Shown here one piece after another: positions 1 through 12,185 of a stretch of 64,000 bases of DNA (its first letter is position 1; every line of letters begins with the position of its first letter). The stretch comes from Octopus sinensis. Lineage: Eukaryota. Under the pieces are notes generated by a model. That model saw only the letters and a list, made by a program, of their open reading frames with translations. It did not search any database and was not told where the DNA came from. Where the stretch lies: NCBI RefSeq assembly GCF_006345805.1, contig NC_042998.1, forward strand, positions 29,388,001-29,452,000, in the 5' to 3' direction. Both the position numbers and the translations under genes were made by a program.

Positions 1-1486
1 CACACGCACGTACGCCCCCCCCCCAACACACACAAACACACACATACACACACACACACAAGCACGCACGAACCCTTGCGTGCATATTGATAGATAAATC
101 TGTTCGTGGATGCAACTGATAACAAGTTATCAAACAATTTGATAGTAAAGGTATTTAACCAGATCGAACGTGAGATAAATATTTATCACCATATAAAAAT
201 ATGCATAAATGCAATATTGCATCAATACGTTAACAACGAAAATAATACACGAGAAACAGAATATGAAAAAAAAAAAATGTTTCGAGACAGAAAACAGTGT
301 TTGGGTAAATAAACATTTTACACTCATTGCGTTAATAACGCTAATTTATTGGGCAGAAATTATACGCTTTATGAATATACAATTTAAGTATTGGCTTTTA
401 CTTCTGTCACACCCATCTTTTCTTTCTGCCTAGACGTAGCTTTACAAAGTTTAGCCGCAGTTATAATGAGTTACTTAGCCACCTACAATTTGTAAACGAG
501 CGCAAGAAAGATAATGATTACATAATGCTTCAGAGACGAGAATTAGATCGAACACTCACCAATCACCATTCAAAATTATAGAGTAGTTTACACATTCTAT
601 ATGAGAGTATAGAACACTAGAACTATCTGTATTATTATTTTTAATTGGTATACAAGCTTGTTTGACCATCAGTTTACAATTGTTAATCATATACTTTTAA
701 AATTTTATACGTTATAATTTTTTTAAAAATTTTAATATTAATTTAAACATTGCTTTTCATGAAGTTAAGCACTTCCTACTCACCACCACAATTCTTTATT
801 CTGTATATTTCATGGCAAACCAAATGCAAAGGCGCCATTAGATTTAATCTTTGTGTCAGTATGGATGTTCGGTTCTCAGAGAACTTTATTAATCATTGCC
901 AATCATAGTAATTTCAGGAATATGCAAATCTCTACTGGGATAGAAGTATTGTTCAAAACTGAAAACATTTTTCTAATATTCAGATTGAGAAAATATTTAG
1001 TTCTACTCACGAACATTGACATAATACTTACCACTAAAAATGAAATACAACGACATTGTCTAACCATGAATCCCAGAGCTTGTCTTTATCGACAGATGGA
1101 TAATAACATGACCAAAAATACAATGATTGTTTCCGTGCATAATGTTCAGCTTTCGTGAGCGAGCTTCATATATTTTTGTTTATAATCTATTTACGAGAAT
1201 TCATACGAATCGCTACAGTTCAGCAGAAATGTACACAATACCAATTTCTCAAATGTCTCCTGATTGTAATAATGGCAAGTTCTTTTGTCATATATTCACC
1301 TTATATAATTTTTTATGGTCTATTTAACTTCCAGCAAGTCTAGTTCAAATATTTAAACGTTATTGTACAATATATATATATATATATATAAAAGGAAATG
1401 AAGAAAATGCTGACAAATAATTGAAGTAATTTAAGTAATTTAATTAGGTGAAAGTTCTTTTTACCGGTTGCGCATTTGTTATGCTT

Positions 1487-1641
1487 AATTTCCGCCGAGG
1501 TCGACTTTGCCTTTCATCCTTTCGGGGTCGATAAATTAAGTATCAGTTACCCACTGGGGTCGATATAATCGACTTAATCCGTCTGTCTGTCCTTGTTTGT
1601 CCCCTCTGTGTTTAGCCCCTTGAGGGTAATAAAGAAATAAG
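1487..1641 (+). mobile_element. SINE family A, 5'-truncated copy
   Basis: Body ccgccgaggtcgactttgcctttcatcctttcggggtcga...gtaataaagaaata matches many other copies in the window (e.g. 63118-63540). Confidence 0.9.
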
Positions 1642-2149
1642 TATACAAAATGTCAGCCTTCATGCCACTGTATATATTTGATGTCGGTTCCAAGTAGAGA
1701 TTTTTCTTCACTTAGCGAATTTCTGCACTTCCAACCACAATTCGGTCATGTGCTTCCTTTTGTGGACTGCACATATTTTGTTTTAAGAGCAGCATCTCCT
1801 AAAACCACAGCACTGCATTTAACTGAACGCTATCGAACGCTTTCTATAATTCAAGAAAGAGACCCAGAGAGGTAGCTTACACCTTTTTGCACATCCCAAA
1901 CAGTGTCTTAGAGTGAATAAGTGATCTAATGTAAATCCACGAAAATTCACCTGCTCCCTCAGCAGTCGACCGTCAAGAAGTTTTGATTTTCTGACGACTA
2001 TGATAATTTTCAAGCGATTTGTATAGGTTTTAAGCAATTTGCAGTGTACTTTTAAGCGATTTGTAAAGGGATTTTAAGCGATTTGTAGAGACAAGAAGAA
2101 TAATGCATTGGCGACTTTTCAGGTTTCCCTTAACCGACTTTTCTTAATA

Positions 2150-2560
2150 TTCGATTATTTCCATAGTAACGGTATTTTTCTTATTTTCAAATTATATTAG
2201 AAACGTTGATGGATGATATTGTCCAGATGTTCTCTGCCATACATTAACATGTCCGTTGTTAGACCATTTCCCAGGTAATTATCAACCTATCTCATTTTTA
2301 AAGATTACTCTGTTTCACTGACCAGAATGAGTAGCACTTCCAATATTTTTGACGATGAAAGATCGAGTAAGAGTTACTGGTTACAGAAAAATATTGAGGA
2401 AACGGTTAGGCAGACCTCTTCCACCTCTCATTTGTCCTTTATCCCGAGCCCGTCTTTGTTCTTAATTGCTGTCATTTCTCTATACACGTTTCCTTTCTTG
2501 GATGTGACATAACTGCAGAATGTTTCCAGGAACAAAAGCAGGTGTCAACAGGAAGAAATC
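2150..2560 (-). pseudogene. Decayed LINE ORF2 fragment (CR1/L2-like, region just upstream of the RT core)
   Basis: One minus frame with stops reads ..SYVTSKKGNVYREMTAIKNKDG..TTDMLMYGREHLDNIIHQRF*YNLKIRKIPLLWK, resembling the non-LTR 'GPDG..MLK..I..LF..SL..G.IP..WK' segment. Confidence 0.55.
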
Positions 2561-2856
2561 GATAAGAATTATGATTCACTGATTCAGAAAATAAACGGCT
2601 GCTTGTGGAAAGCGACAACTGTAAACCAACAGGATCCCAACGGAAGCATCACGGAGGGAATAAAGGAAACGCTAGACAAACAGAAGACTGTGGAAAGGAA
2701 CATAGAAGACCATTGAGTTACGTACTCCATTCTCTGAAAGGTAATATATCTGGGAAAACTTCGAGAGTGAATGAAGCTGTTCTCGGATGCAGGTGAACGG
2801 AAAACCTAAAGCGAACCATAAATATATTTCGGTTTACATATTTACTTGAGCTTACA

Positions 2857-2857
<1 letters not shown>

Positions 2858-2952
<95 letters not shown>

Positions 2953-2969
2953 CACACACACACACACAC

Positions 2970-3010
<41 letters not shown>
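2858..3010. repeat. (CA)n microsatellite
   Basis: Direct reading. Confidence 0.97.
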
Positions 3011-3018
<8 letters not shown>

Positions 3019-3227
3019 GTTTCCTTCAGTGAGAAGCATTAAGTAAATGCGAACACATCTTGTTCCTTTCGAAACAAAAGACTACGATGTATATCGATCT
3101 GGCAATTTCACACTATGTTCCAAAAGTAGCTTAACGAATATATACTTGAATAAAAAGATAATCATATCGTATACACATACATGCGTACTTGCACAGGTAT
3201 GTATATATATATATATATACATTTATA

Positions 3228-3432
3228 ATAATATTAGGGAATAAATCCAAACTTACAGGGAAAAATTAGATTTAGGATTAAATCCAATTTTATAGTATAA
3301 ATATATTATATTATATTATATTATATTATATTATATTAGAGATAAAACCACTATTAGGCAAATCAAACAGTGAAAAACATAAGCCAATACATAAAATTAA
3401 TTTAAACATAAGCCAATACATAAAATTAATTT
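3228..3432 (-). mobile_element. PLE-type terminal-repeat (pLTR) tail fragment, same family as 11460-11615 and 37279-37485
   Basis: Reverse complement of aatagtggttttatctctaat...ataaaattggatttaatcctaaatctaatttttccctgtaagtttggatttattccctaatatt; contains a short tandem duplication (aaacataagccaatacataaaattaattt x2). Confidence 0.7.
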
Positions 3433-3456
3433 ATATATATATGTGTGTGTGTGTGT

Positions 3457-3753
3457 GGAGGCGCAATGGCCCAGTGGTTAGGGCAGCGGACTCGCGATCG
3501 TAGGATCGCGGTTTCGATTCCCATACCGGGGATTGTGAGTGTTTATTGAGCGAAAACACCTTACAGCTCTACGAGGCTCCGGCAGGAGGTGGTGATCCCT
3601 GCTGTACTCTTTCACCACTCTTTCTCTCAATCTTTCTTCTATTGGCCTGCTCACTTAGCCAGCGGGGTGGCGTCATTCGAAGGCTAAAACAATGCGAAGG
3701 CATTGTGACCAGCGATGTTTAACAACATCTGATGGTCTGGTCAGTCACGTGAT

Positions 3754-3760
<7 letters not shown>
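3457..3760 (+). mobile_element. SINE family B (tRNA-like head, possibly OR-type octopus SINE) with tail type 1
   Basis: A-box tggcccagtgg, B-box gtttcgattccc, shared core gtgtttattgagcgaaaacacc..gctctacgaggctccggcagg; ends in cacgtgatcacgtga(ta)n. Confidence 0.9.
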
Positions 3761-3799
<39 letters not shown>

Positions 3800-3830
3800 G
3801 GAAAGACCAAGGCAGGTGGTGTACAAACAG

Positions 3831-3978
3831 ATGTATTAGTATAGCGCTCAGGAATAGAAAAAAGTATTTTACGTTTCGAGCCTAGGCTCCTCTACAGAAA
3901 GGTACTCAGCAAAAAACAAGGAGAGAAAAAAAATGTGTGTAGTAGCTAACGATCTATCATGGCGTCTGACTCGGACAG
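3831..3978 (-). mobile_element. Repeat family E with a variant minimal hammerhead motif (3866-3901)
   Basis: Minus strand: ttt CTGTAGA G GAGC-ctag-GCTC GAA ACGT A aaa; also shares atgatagatcgttagctact with the copy at 61797-61893. Confidence 0.65.
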
Positions 3979-4007
<29 letters not shown>

Positions 4008-4013
<6 letters not shown>

Positions 4014-4106
4014 TATATAGAAGGAGCTTCTACAGGACTAGAACTGTTTCATTCCTCTTGAATGAAACAGTTCTAGTCCTGTAGAAGCTCCTTCTATATA
4101 ATAAAT
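4008..4106. repeat. Perfect 47-bp-arm hairpin with 5-nt loop (ctctt)
   Basis: atttattatatagaaggagcttctacaggactagaactgtttcattc and its exact reverse complement. Confidence 0.95.
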
Positions 4107-4175
4107 TAATTTTACTCTGCTATGTATTGAGTACCTTATTTACTGTGGTTAACCCCGAATCAACCCGGGACCTAC

Positions 4176-4208
<33 letters not shown>

Positions 4209-4324
4209 ATATATATATAATATATGTACATTTGTAGATATATGCATGCGTATACACACACATACACACACAGACATACACACACACACACAATTTAATT
4301 TACTCAGTATTGAGTTACGTGCTA

Positions 4325-4799
4325 CAGGGTGGGGCAAAGTGAACGGACGTTTTTGAAATGGCTATTACCCAGCCCCAGGGGGAGAAACATATGTCTAACA
4401 GGTAGCATTAGGTCCGTGGTGTCTTAGCATTTCTTTTTTTTCTTTTCAGGTGAAGGAGGCATTCCATTGAATATGGTATTGGCAATCGATCGATAAGGCG
4501 TATTTCGCATGGAAATCGGCATTTCCACTCGTAAAAATTAGTCATTCGGCAACAGTTGAAACCATGGAACTACATACAGAGCAATGCTGGAGAAAGAGAG
4601 TGGAGGCCAACTTTCAAGAACGCCTTCAAAAATGCATCAACGAAAACGGACACTACATGATGGATGTTGTTTTCCACACTTAATTTTGACAAATGCTAAT
4701 TCAACACAAACACATCTATGTCAATAAAATTTGTTTGCAGCAAAATTTAATGATTTTTGTAAATTTTTCAAAAAAGTCCATCCTTTTTGCTCCACCCTA
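4325..4799 (+). mobile_element. Internally deleted Tc1/mariner-superfamily DNA transposon
   Basis: Imperfect TIRs cagggtggggcaaag..ggacgtttttgaaa / tttcaaaaaagtcc..tgctccaccct; left TA; retains a C-terminal transposase-like segment RVEANFQERLQKCINENGHYMMDVVFHT*. Confidence 0.7.
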
Positions 4800-5009
4800 T
4801 GCTACGAGTTTCATGCCTTGGAGATGTAGTCACCAATACAGGCAACTATTAATAGCCTGTAAGTATATACTGATTGCATTAAATAATATTTATTTCTCAC
4901 TGGATGGAGTACGTTTTTGTTGATCTTTCCTTAATGGAAAAGTAAACTATAAATATACATAAACATACATACAGACATATATTGATATATATATATATGT
5001 ATATATGGA

Positions 5010-5196
5010 TTCAACACGCTAGAAAGAACAGCTAGGTTCTATAACTACAAAAATTAGGGATAAAATTCGACATTTTACCATCTAGTTTCCAGGAAACTAG
5101 ATGGTAAAATGTTTTTATTTTTCATTTCGTTCCTGTCGAATTTTATCCATAAGTTTTGTGGTTATAGAACCTAGCTGTTCTTTCTAGCGTGTTGAA
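5010..5196. repeat. Fold-back hairpin of about 187 bp with a one-sided ~23-nt insertion
   Basis: ttcaacacgctagaaagaacagctaggttctataac..ttttaccatctagtttcc-a-ggaaactagatggtaaaa..gttatagaacctagctgttctttctagcgtgttgaa. Confidence 0.9.
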
Positions 5197-5499
5197 ACTA
5201 ATGAGTGGATTCCTCATGTGTTTAAATGTACATTGTATCTTATGACTAATATATAGTCTTTTGGACTAAATCTTTAGACGTTAGACCACTGGAAATGTAA
5301 ATTTTAATTAATTTCCATTTCCCTTTGATATGGTTAAATATATGTATACATGTATACACATCACACACACATTAGCACAAGAAGCTTCTACTGAAAGTAA
5401 AACATCGTCACAACTCCTATTAACTGTTATTGGTCATTCAAACTGCACATGTTGGTAGAGTAACTGTTAGTGTTTTTCTTTATTGCACGTAAGTAAACA

Positions 5500-5763
5500 G
5501 TTTGAAGCAGGAGCGACATACCATCAGTGAGCTCTTGACGAAAGATGGATGCCGGCTGTCCGACACCCACAAGAGAGTTTAGGCTGTTTATGCAGATGAT
5601 ATTATCAGTAAGAGCAATGTCTGTAGACGCCAGCAGAACTTCAAAGAAAGGAAAACCACCATTGAAAGTAAACCACACAGTGGGTGATCATCAATTGCAA
5701 CAGCTAACGTGAATCACCATAGCGAGGGCACAAATTGATTCCCGTAGTGACAGAATCCTTGAG

Positions 5764-5794
<31 letters not shown>

Positions 5795-6655
5795 AGCGAA
5801 CGATCTACGTCTCAGATCTCGCAAGATGGGAGAAGTCCGAAACGTGGTCCTTTGCTATTCGTAAGACCCGCAGAAGAGAAAGCAGGTCAACCCCCGACAC
5901 CGAGAGCATCGAAGGATGGATGAATGCGCATCCAGGCTCAGCGGTTGCGTAGGAAGTCCGGGACAAGAAACAGGAAGAAAGAGTGAGAAAGTTGGGGCGA
6001 AAGTGTACAACAGGGGTCACCACCAACCCCTGCCGGAGCCTCGTGGAGCTTCAGGTGTTTTCGCTCAATAAACACACACAACGCCCGGTCTGGGAATCGA
6101 AACCGCGATCCTCCGACCGCGAGTTCGCTGCCCTAACCACTGGGCCATTGCGCCTCCATTGAAGTTGCTGCACAAGAAGATTGCGAGTATATTGCATTAT
6201 ATATTTGTGGTATCGGAAAGTGTATATAAAGTGGACACCGTAGCAGATGACATTCGATTTGAAGTATGAAAAGTCTTAAGTCTGCTCTGATCCGCAGCAT
6301 GTGTTTTAAGACAATGGAGACACGTTTTTCTTTGTCGATCTGATGACAGGGGATAGAACGTATGCGTATCTTTATGATACGAAGTCTCAGGTTATGGGAT
6401 GGCCTCATATCTCTTCTCGGAGGTTTAAGAATTTCAAGATCCTGTGATCTTGAATAATAGGTAATAATTCATGGCGACTTTTGTGGGATAACAACGCAGT
6501 CGTTCTCCACGATTTGTTGGAACGTGACTCTAGTGTGAACAGCAAGCGATGCAACCAGACACACTGAAAGCTTAGAGAAGTCATCAGAAAAAGTGATCAA
6601 ACAAGGATTTGAAATGGTTCCACATTCACCATGCAAAATGTGCAACCACATACGT
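5500..6655 (+). pseudogene. Decayed mariner transposase, interrupted by a SINE
   Basis: HTH region QERHTISELLTKDG..AVYADDIISKSNVCRRQQNFKERKTTIESKPHSG; then YRKVYIKWTP (WVP motif); LMTGDRTYAYLYDTKS (first D, TGDETW); IMATLLWDNNAVVLHDLLERDSSVNS; QNVQPHT (DNARPH). Many stops. Confidence 0.85.
5771..6158 (-). mobile_element. SINE family B with tail type 2, inserted in the mariner
   Basis: B head and core on the minus strand; (CAA/CAG)n 3' tail; TSD ttgaggttgctg (5759-5770) / ttgaagttgctg (6159-6170). Confidence 0.9.
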
Positions 6656-6687
6656 TTTTGGAACCAAATCAGGCAAATTGGGCTGAT

Positions 6688-6887
6688 CAGATGATGTCCA
6701 TAAATTATCTTTACTACTTCTAAATTTATTATCTAGATGTGATGCAAGCAACAAATGAGGCCTACGTGGAAGTGTTGCAATGTTTCTGATTAATCTGTAT
6801 TTATCTATGATTTCCAATAAACTCTTCTAAGTTACCCTTATTTTTTCCTGAATTTTTCAACTTTAAAAGTAATTTATGGACACCCTG
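6688..6887. mobile_element. Tc1-like MITE
   Basis: Imperfect TIRs cagatgatgtccataaatta / taatttatggacaccctg. Confidence 0.55.
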
Positions 6888-7674
6888 AATATACAATCGC
6901 ATGCGTTGCCGATATTTTGGATAATTTGCTATTAAATAATGTTGAGAGTCTTTAGCCATCTAGGAGTATTGATTAAAATTGGTTCGAGTCGATGTTCATA
7001 AAAAATTACCAACACCCACCAAAAATAAAAATTAATAAACAAATACAAAAAGAAAAACTACCCTTACATTTTATAACGTTCCGTGGGAAATTTTTTAATG
7101 ACTATACTAATTTACACAATTCAAGTAATTTTAATTATATTCCCTCTCAGTAAATTATCCTTCATTATTTGAATATTTAATTTCGTAAATTAAAAATTCA
7201 AATTACACTTTTTACAAAATATCAGATACTGTGAAATATATATCACTACCTCTGTCTCCGTACAAAACAAAATTCCAGTTTATTCCTAGGGAGTTATATA
7301 CATGTAAACATACATAAATGTTTATATAGATACATGTTTATGCAGACATGCCTACCTGCCTACCTACCTACATACCTACCTATATACAGACATACATACA
7401 TAGTGTGCAAATTTGCCAGATCGATATACATACATATATTAGGTCCTACATAGCTACCTTTCATACATACATAATACATACATACATACATACATACATA
7501 CATACATACATACATACATACATACATTAGGTCCTACCTACATACCTACCTACATACATACGTGTATATACATATTTACAATAATCTCTTGACTATCGCA
7601 AGTGTTACGTTCCAAAACCTCCCACAGAAATCATTAAAATCTAAAACATATATAAATACCTGTCGGCCGCAGAA

Positions 7675-7707
7675 ACCCGTTTAGATTACGCGGGTATCAA
7701 CTGCTAG
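7675..7707 (+). mobile_element. Candidate 3' end of a non-autonomous Helitron
   Basis: acccg-tttagattacg-cgggt hairpin, 8-nt spacer, CTAG followed by T. Confidence 0.45.
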
Positions 7708-7916
7708 TAGCTGAAATACAGACTTTCTACGTAACTCTGCAACCCTTGCCAACATGGAACATAGACGTTAAGTGAAATGTTAAAAGAAAGTCTTCAACTC
7801 ATATATGTATATGAAGTCAATACACGTTTATCTAACTTATTTTGTAACCAAGAAACAGGTACAGGTTACAAACAATGAAACGCTGTGCGTAGAGTACACA
7901 CACAAATACACACACA

Positions 7917-7966
<50 letters not shown>

Positions 7967-8114
7967 ACAAACACACACACAAACAGACAGCGAATATATC
8001 ACGTTATTGTTTCACGTTTATACACATTCATGCATGTCAGTGGAAAAATGATAGTGTAATACTAATACGTTAACGCTCAATGGTTTTGCACTTCTGTATA
8101 TCCCGTGGACCTAC

Positions 8115-8655
8115 TATTCCTGTAGGTGCTTCTTCATATCCTTTGTTTTCTGTCTTGCCATGTTTATCACTGACAATGTCGAGGTTCTTTTCATCTCCAA
8201 CTCTAGAACATCAAACGTACGGCTGAGCATGTGACAAGCAAGGTTGAAGGAGGTTAAGTCCCACCACCTTCAGAGATTGACCTTGTGCATTGTTGATAAA
8301 CATGGCAAAGCTATGTTTGATAGTCCCTTGAACTGAAAGGGGTGATCATTTGAGATGATAGGTATTCTTGGAATGAAAACATTCTCACCCATCATGTTCC
8401 CATAATGGAGAAGAGGTTTCTCAGCTGCATAAGTCACTTTCACATTTGTACCTCTGTCAGTGGAATTCCAACGTGCATCATCTTTCAGAAGACTTCTGAG
8501 ATGGCAAGCCTGGTGATATGTTTGACATACTGTGTTATCAACCATACGTAAGGCTGTAAATTATATGGGTCCCTTGACATGGTGTAATAAAAGCCTTAGT
8601 TAGCATCACTCTGAGTAGTTGGGATGGACAACATAGAATCTGACAAGTGTATCTG
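8115..8655 (-). pseudogene. Internally deleted Helitron RepHel remnant (PIF1-like helicase C-terminus)
   Basis: VRFYVVHPNYSE*C*LRLLLHHVKGPI*FTALRMVDNTVCQTYHQACHLRSLLKDDARW is fused to GENVFIPRIPIISNDHPFQFK, then (frameshift) SFAMFINNAQGQSLKVVGLNLLQPCLSHAQPYV*CSRVG. Confidence 0.88.
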
Positions 8656-9729
8656 ATTTTTTGATTCCCGGATGATGTATATATATGCGACGGGTTTTCA
8701 ACGAGTCTTTATTCGTGAGCCATTTTACTCAGGGGATATTATTAATGCTGGTACCTCTGTTCAAAAAGTTTCCTCAAAACGTTTTCGAAAATTTTCACCG
8801 AAAATTTTCCCCCAAAAACTTTTTCGAAAATTTTACCCAAAAAGCTGGTTTCTATGCACACTCAGGTGACTCCTGCTCGCAGGAGAGTTCTGCATTTTTA
8901 AAACGCTTCAAGAAGGATGCAGTTGATGATACGTAACATTCTCTTAACGGAATACTAGATGCGTGGTAACGCAATCATTTCAGTTTATTATTAGTTTTTT
9001 TAATCCTGAACTTCGTGTCGCTGCTAGAAAATATTCCTAATTGATATGAATATTTATTCAAAATCCTTATTAAAATCCCTATTTGAGAATAATTAAAATG
9101 TTTCAGAAACAGATGCTCACGCACGAACCCCCATACGTATGCATATAAATATGTATGTATGCAACTCTTTCTCTTTTCTTTTATTTAATAACATTATTAT
9201 TTCTATCAAAGAAACAAAAACTCCATCATTGGCGTTTCGATAGCAAAAATGGTAATTGCTGCATACCGAAACATATTCTTACAGATCTCCATATAAATTT
9301 TGTGTGTAAGCTTCATGTTAGCCGGTCCCTTTCTTTGCTTAGTAATGCTAGCTTCTTCAGATTGTGGCTTAAGCATTTACTAATATAACCGAGCACACCA
9401 ATGGCTATTGGTAAGAATGTAAGTTGTAATCTGAGCAGCCCGTCATTGCCGAGCAATTTTCACGATAGAATTACTTTATTTCAATTTTTTTAATTCCATG
9501 TCAGACTATGGCTTTCCCGACCAGATTGTCCTCCTGATCAGGATAGATATTTGCATTATTTGGGTAGATTTATCATGTCATGATAAACGAATTATTTATT
9601 TTCCCATTCGGTGGGTACTCTTGGACATCCGACGTAAAGCTGACAATGAGTAAAATAGTGCGCTTCAAGTTCTAAACCGACAAACGAAAATGTTTTCCCT
9701 TGCAACTTGCTGATGGTGATGGCAAAACT

Positions 9730-10119
9730 GGATAGAAACACTCCGTCGGTTACGACGACGAGGGTTCCGGTTGATCCGAATCAACGGAACAGCCTGCTCG
9801 TGAAATTAACGTGTAAGTGGCTGAGCACTCCACAGACACGTTTACCCTTAACGTAGTTCTCGGGGATATTCAGCGTGACACAGTGAGTGACAAGGCCGGC
9901 CCTTTGAAATACAGGTACAACAAAAACAGGAAGTAAGAGTGAAAGAAAGTTGTGGTGAAAGAGTACAGCAGGGATCACCACCATCCCCTGCCGGAGCTTC
10001 GTGGAGCTTTTAGGTGTTTTCGCTCAATGAACACTCAGAACGCCCGGTCTGGGAATCGAAACCGCGATCCTATGACCGCGAGTCCGCTGCCCTAACCACT
10101 GGGCTATTGCGCCTCATTA
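9730..10119 (-). mobile_element. SINE family B with tail type 3
   Basis: B head and core; 12-bp TSD gatggcaaaact at 9718-9729 and 10120-10131. Confidence 0.92.
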
Positions 10120-10533
10120 GATGGCAAAACTAAAACTAGCTTGAATTGAAATGGGTCATCGTCTTCTAAGTTCGTGTGACGGAAGCTCTTGTGTTCTTAT
10201 TTTCTAATCGATGCATCCTGTTCTCGTGTGTCTCTGAAGAACATGCGACGGAGAAGTGTTTACATAACAAGTTTATTCCTTCTCTATAAACTGACGGAAG
10301 GCGGAGGAGCGAGGTAAAGCACCTTTCATGGTGAGATAAACTCACAAAATGAAATAAATAGACATACCCATCTCACGTGATTTCGAACTCTGGTCATTAT
10401 AATCTTAGTTCGCGTCAGAGAGTCTCGCTGGTACTCCTTGTTTATTAACTTGCTTTTAGGTTTTAATTGCTAACTGGCCACATATATTATAATATATGTA
10501 ATATATTTTTGATATATTAATATATTATATCGT

Positions 10534-10600
<67 letters not shown>

Positions 10601-10602
<2 letters not shown>

Positions 10603-10719
10603 GCCTGCTCGCTTAGCCAGCGGAGTGGCGTCATTCGAAGGCTAAAACAGTGCGAAGTGCATTGTGACCAGCGATGTGTAACAACATCTGATGGTCTGGT
10701 CGGTCACGTGATCACGTGA
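10601..10719 (+). mobile_element. Headless SINE-B tail-1 module inside (TA)n
   Basis: Matches 3643-3760; starts tggcctgctc; ends tcacgtgatcacgtga. Confidence 0.88.
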
Positions 10720-10750
<31 letters not shown>

Positions 10751-11279
10751 GTATATATATATATAGAGAGAGAGAGAGAGAATGAGTGGGAGAGAGAGGG
10801 GGAGAGGTGAATAAATCGATAGATAGATAAATAGATAGGAAAAGGTCTAGTGAAAGGAAAGTGTTAAAACAGGAAGCAACAGAAAACAGAGAGAAGGAGG
10901 GAGAGAGATATCGACAAACAATTATAAGACGCGTCGCGCACACACACATACAGATGTCCACACAACGAGGCATTTGTGAGCTTAAAATTGTAGCTTCGAA
11001 AGACGTTCAATGTCAACAATTTCGAAGTTATTACTCGCAGCGAATTATGTTCTCTTTTTTATTACTAATAGCCAGAAACCTCCCAGCTACACAAACTTCG
11101 AAAATCAAAACAGTTTTTCTCCAGGAGTCTCCCTTTCGGTGCTTTACGGTGATATGCGTACATGCATACGCACATACATTCTCTATATGTATATCAATTT
11201 AATACACAGCCGAAAGAGCTACTAAAAGTTTCACTCTTTAACGATACATTCTATTACAAACACAAACACACAAACATAA

Positions 11280-11310
<31 letters not shown>

Positions 11311-11459
11311 AATAAATAAATTAATTAATAAATAATATAATATATAAAAATAAAAATATACATATATATATATATATATATATTTGTATATATATATTTA
11401 AAATTTATAAGTTTAAATTATTTAATAATATTTTAATTTTTAACTTTCATATTTTTAAA

Positions 11460-11608
11460 TTAATTTTATGTATTGGCTTATATCTTTCACTGTTTGATTT
11501 GCCTAATAGTGGTTTTATCTCTAATTTAATATACTATAATATATTTATACTATAAAATTGGATTTAATCCTAAATCTAATTTTTCCCTGTAAGTTTGGAT
11601 TTATTCCC

Positions 11609-11615
<7 letters not shown>
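11460..11615 (+). mobile_element. PLE-type pLTR tail fragment
   Basis: Homologous to 3228-3432 (inverted) and 37330-37485. Confidence 0.7.
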
Positions 11616-11644
<29 letters not shown>

Positions 11645-11648
<4 letters not shown>

Positions 11649-11866
11649 CGATGGGCTTCTTTCAGATTCCGTCCACCAAATCCACTCACAAGGCTTTGGT
11701 CGGCCCGAGGCTATACAAGAAGACACTTTATTTACATTATTTACATTTGAGAGATATTTGTCCTCATCTTGATTTTTTTTTTAACACAACGTTTCGGCTG
11801 ATATAACCTCCAGCCTTCTTCGCGTGTCTTGGGGAAATTTCGATCCTGGGTTCTCATTCTTAAGGA

Positions 11867-11930
<64 letters not shown>

Positions 11931-12185
11931 GTTATTGTTCAGGTCCCTGCTTGGAATCGAACTCGGAATCTTGTCGTTAGTAGCCCGCGCTCTTAACCAC
12001 TACGCCATATGCCAGGTTCGAAATTTCCCCGAGACACCTAAAGAAGGCTGAGGGTATATCAGTCGAAACGTTGTGTTAACAACAAACAAGAAGAGGAAGA
12101 ATATCTCTCGAATGTAAATAATGTAAATAATGTGCATAATTCCTCATCTCTTAAATATAGAACTGTAGAAGACACTTGCCACTCC
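11645..12185 (-). mobile_element. SINE family C fragment split by a family D insertion
   Basis: gggcttctttcag..ggctata..agaagacactt|insert|agaagacacttgcc. Confidence 0.75.
11729..12166 (-). mobile_element. SINE family D: tRNA-like head, (AAT)n and hammerhead-like tail, with an inverted partial copy
   Basis: Minus-strand head from 12013 (ggcatatggcgtagtggttaagagcgcggg..gttcgattcc); hammerhead-like motifs at 11783-11828 (-) and 12033-12077 (+), both with mutated cores (GCGAAGA, CTAAAGA); 11-bp TSD agaagacactt at 11718-11728 and 12167-12177. Confidence 0.85.

Noticed and set aside
5815-5850. Decayed hammerhead-like string (cgcaagatgggagaagtccgaaacgtggtc) antisense within SINE-B tail 2
   Set aside because: Core is mutated and stems are weak, and there is only one copy here.
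11941-12013. tRNA gene (also the heads at 3457, 20983 and 44393)
   Set aside because: A/B boxes are present, but no complete cloverleaf or acceptor stem, and each continues into a SINE body.
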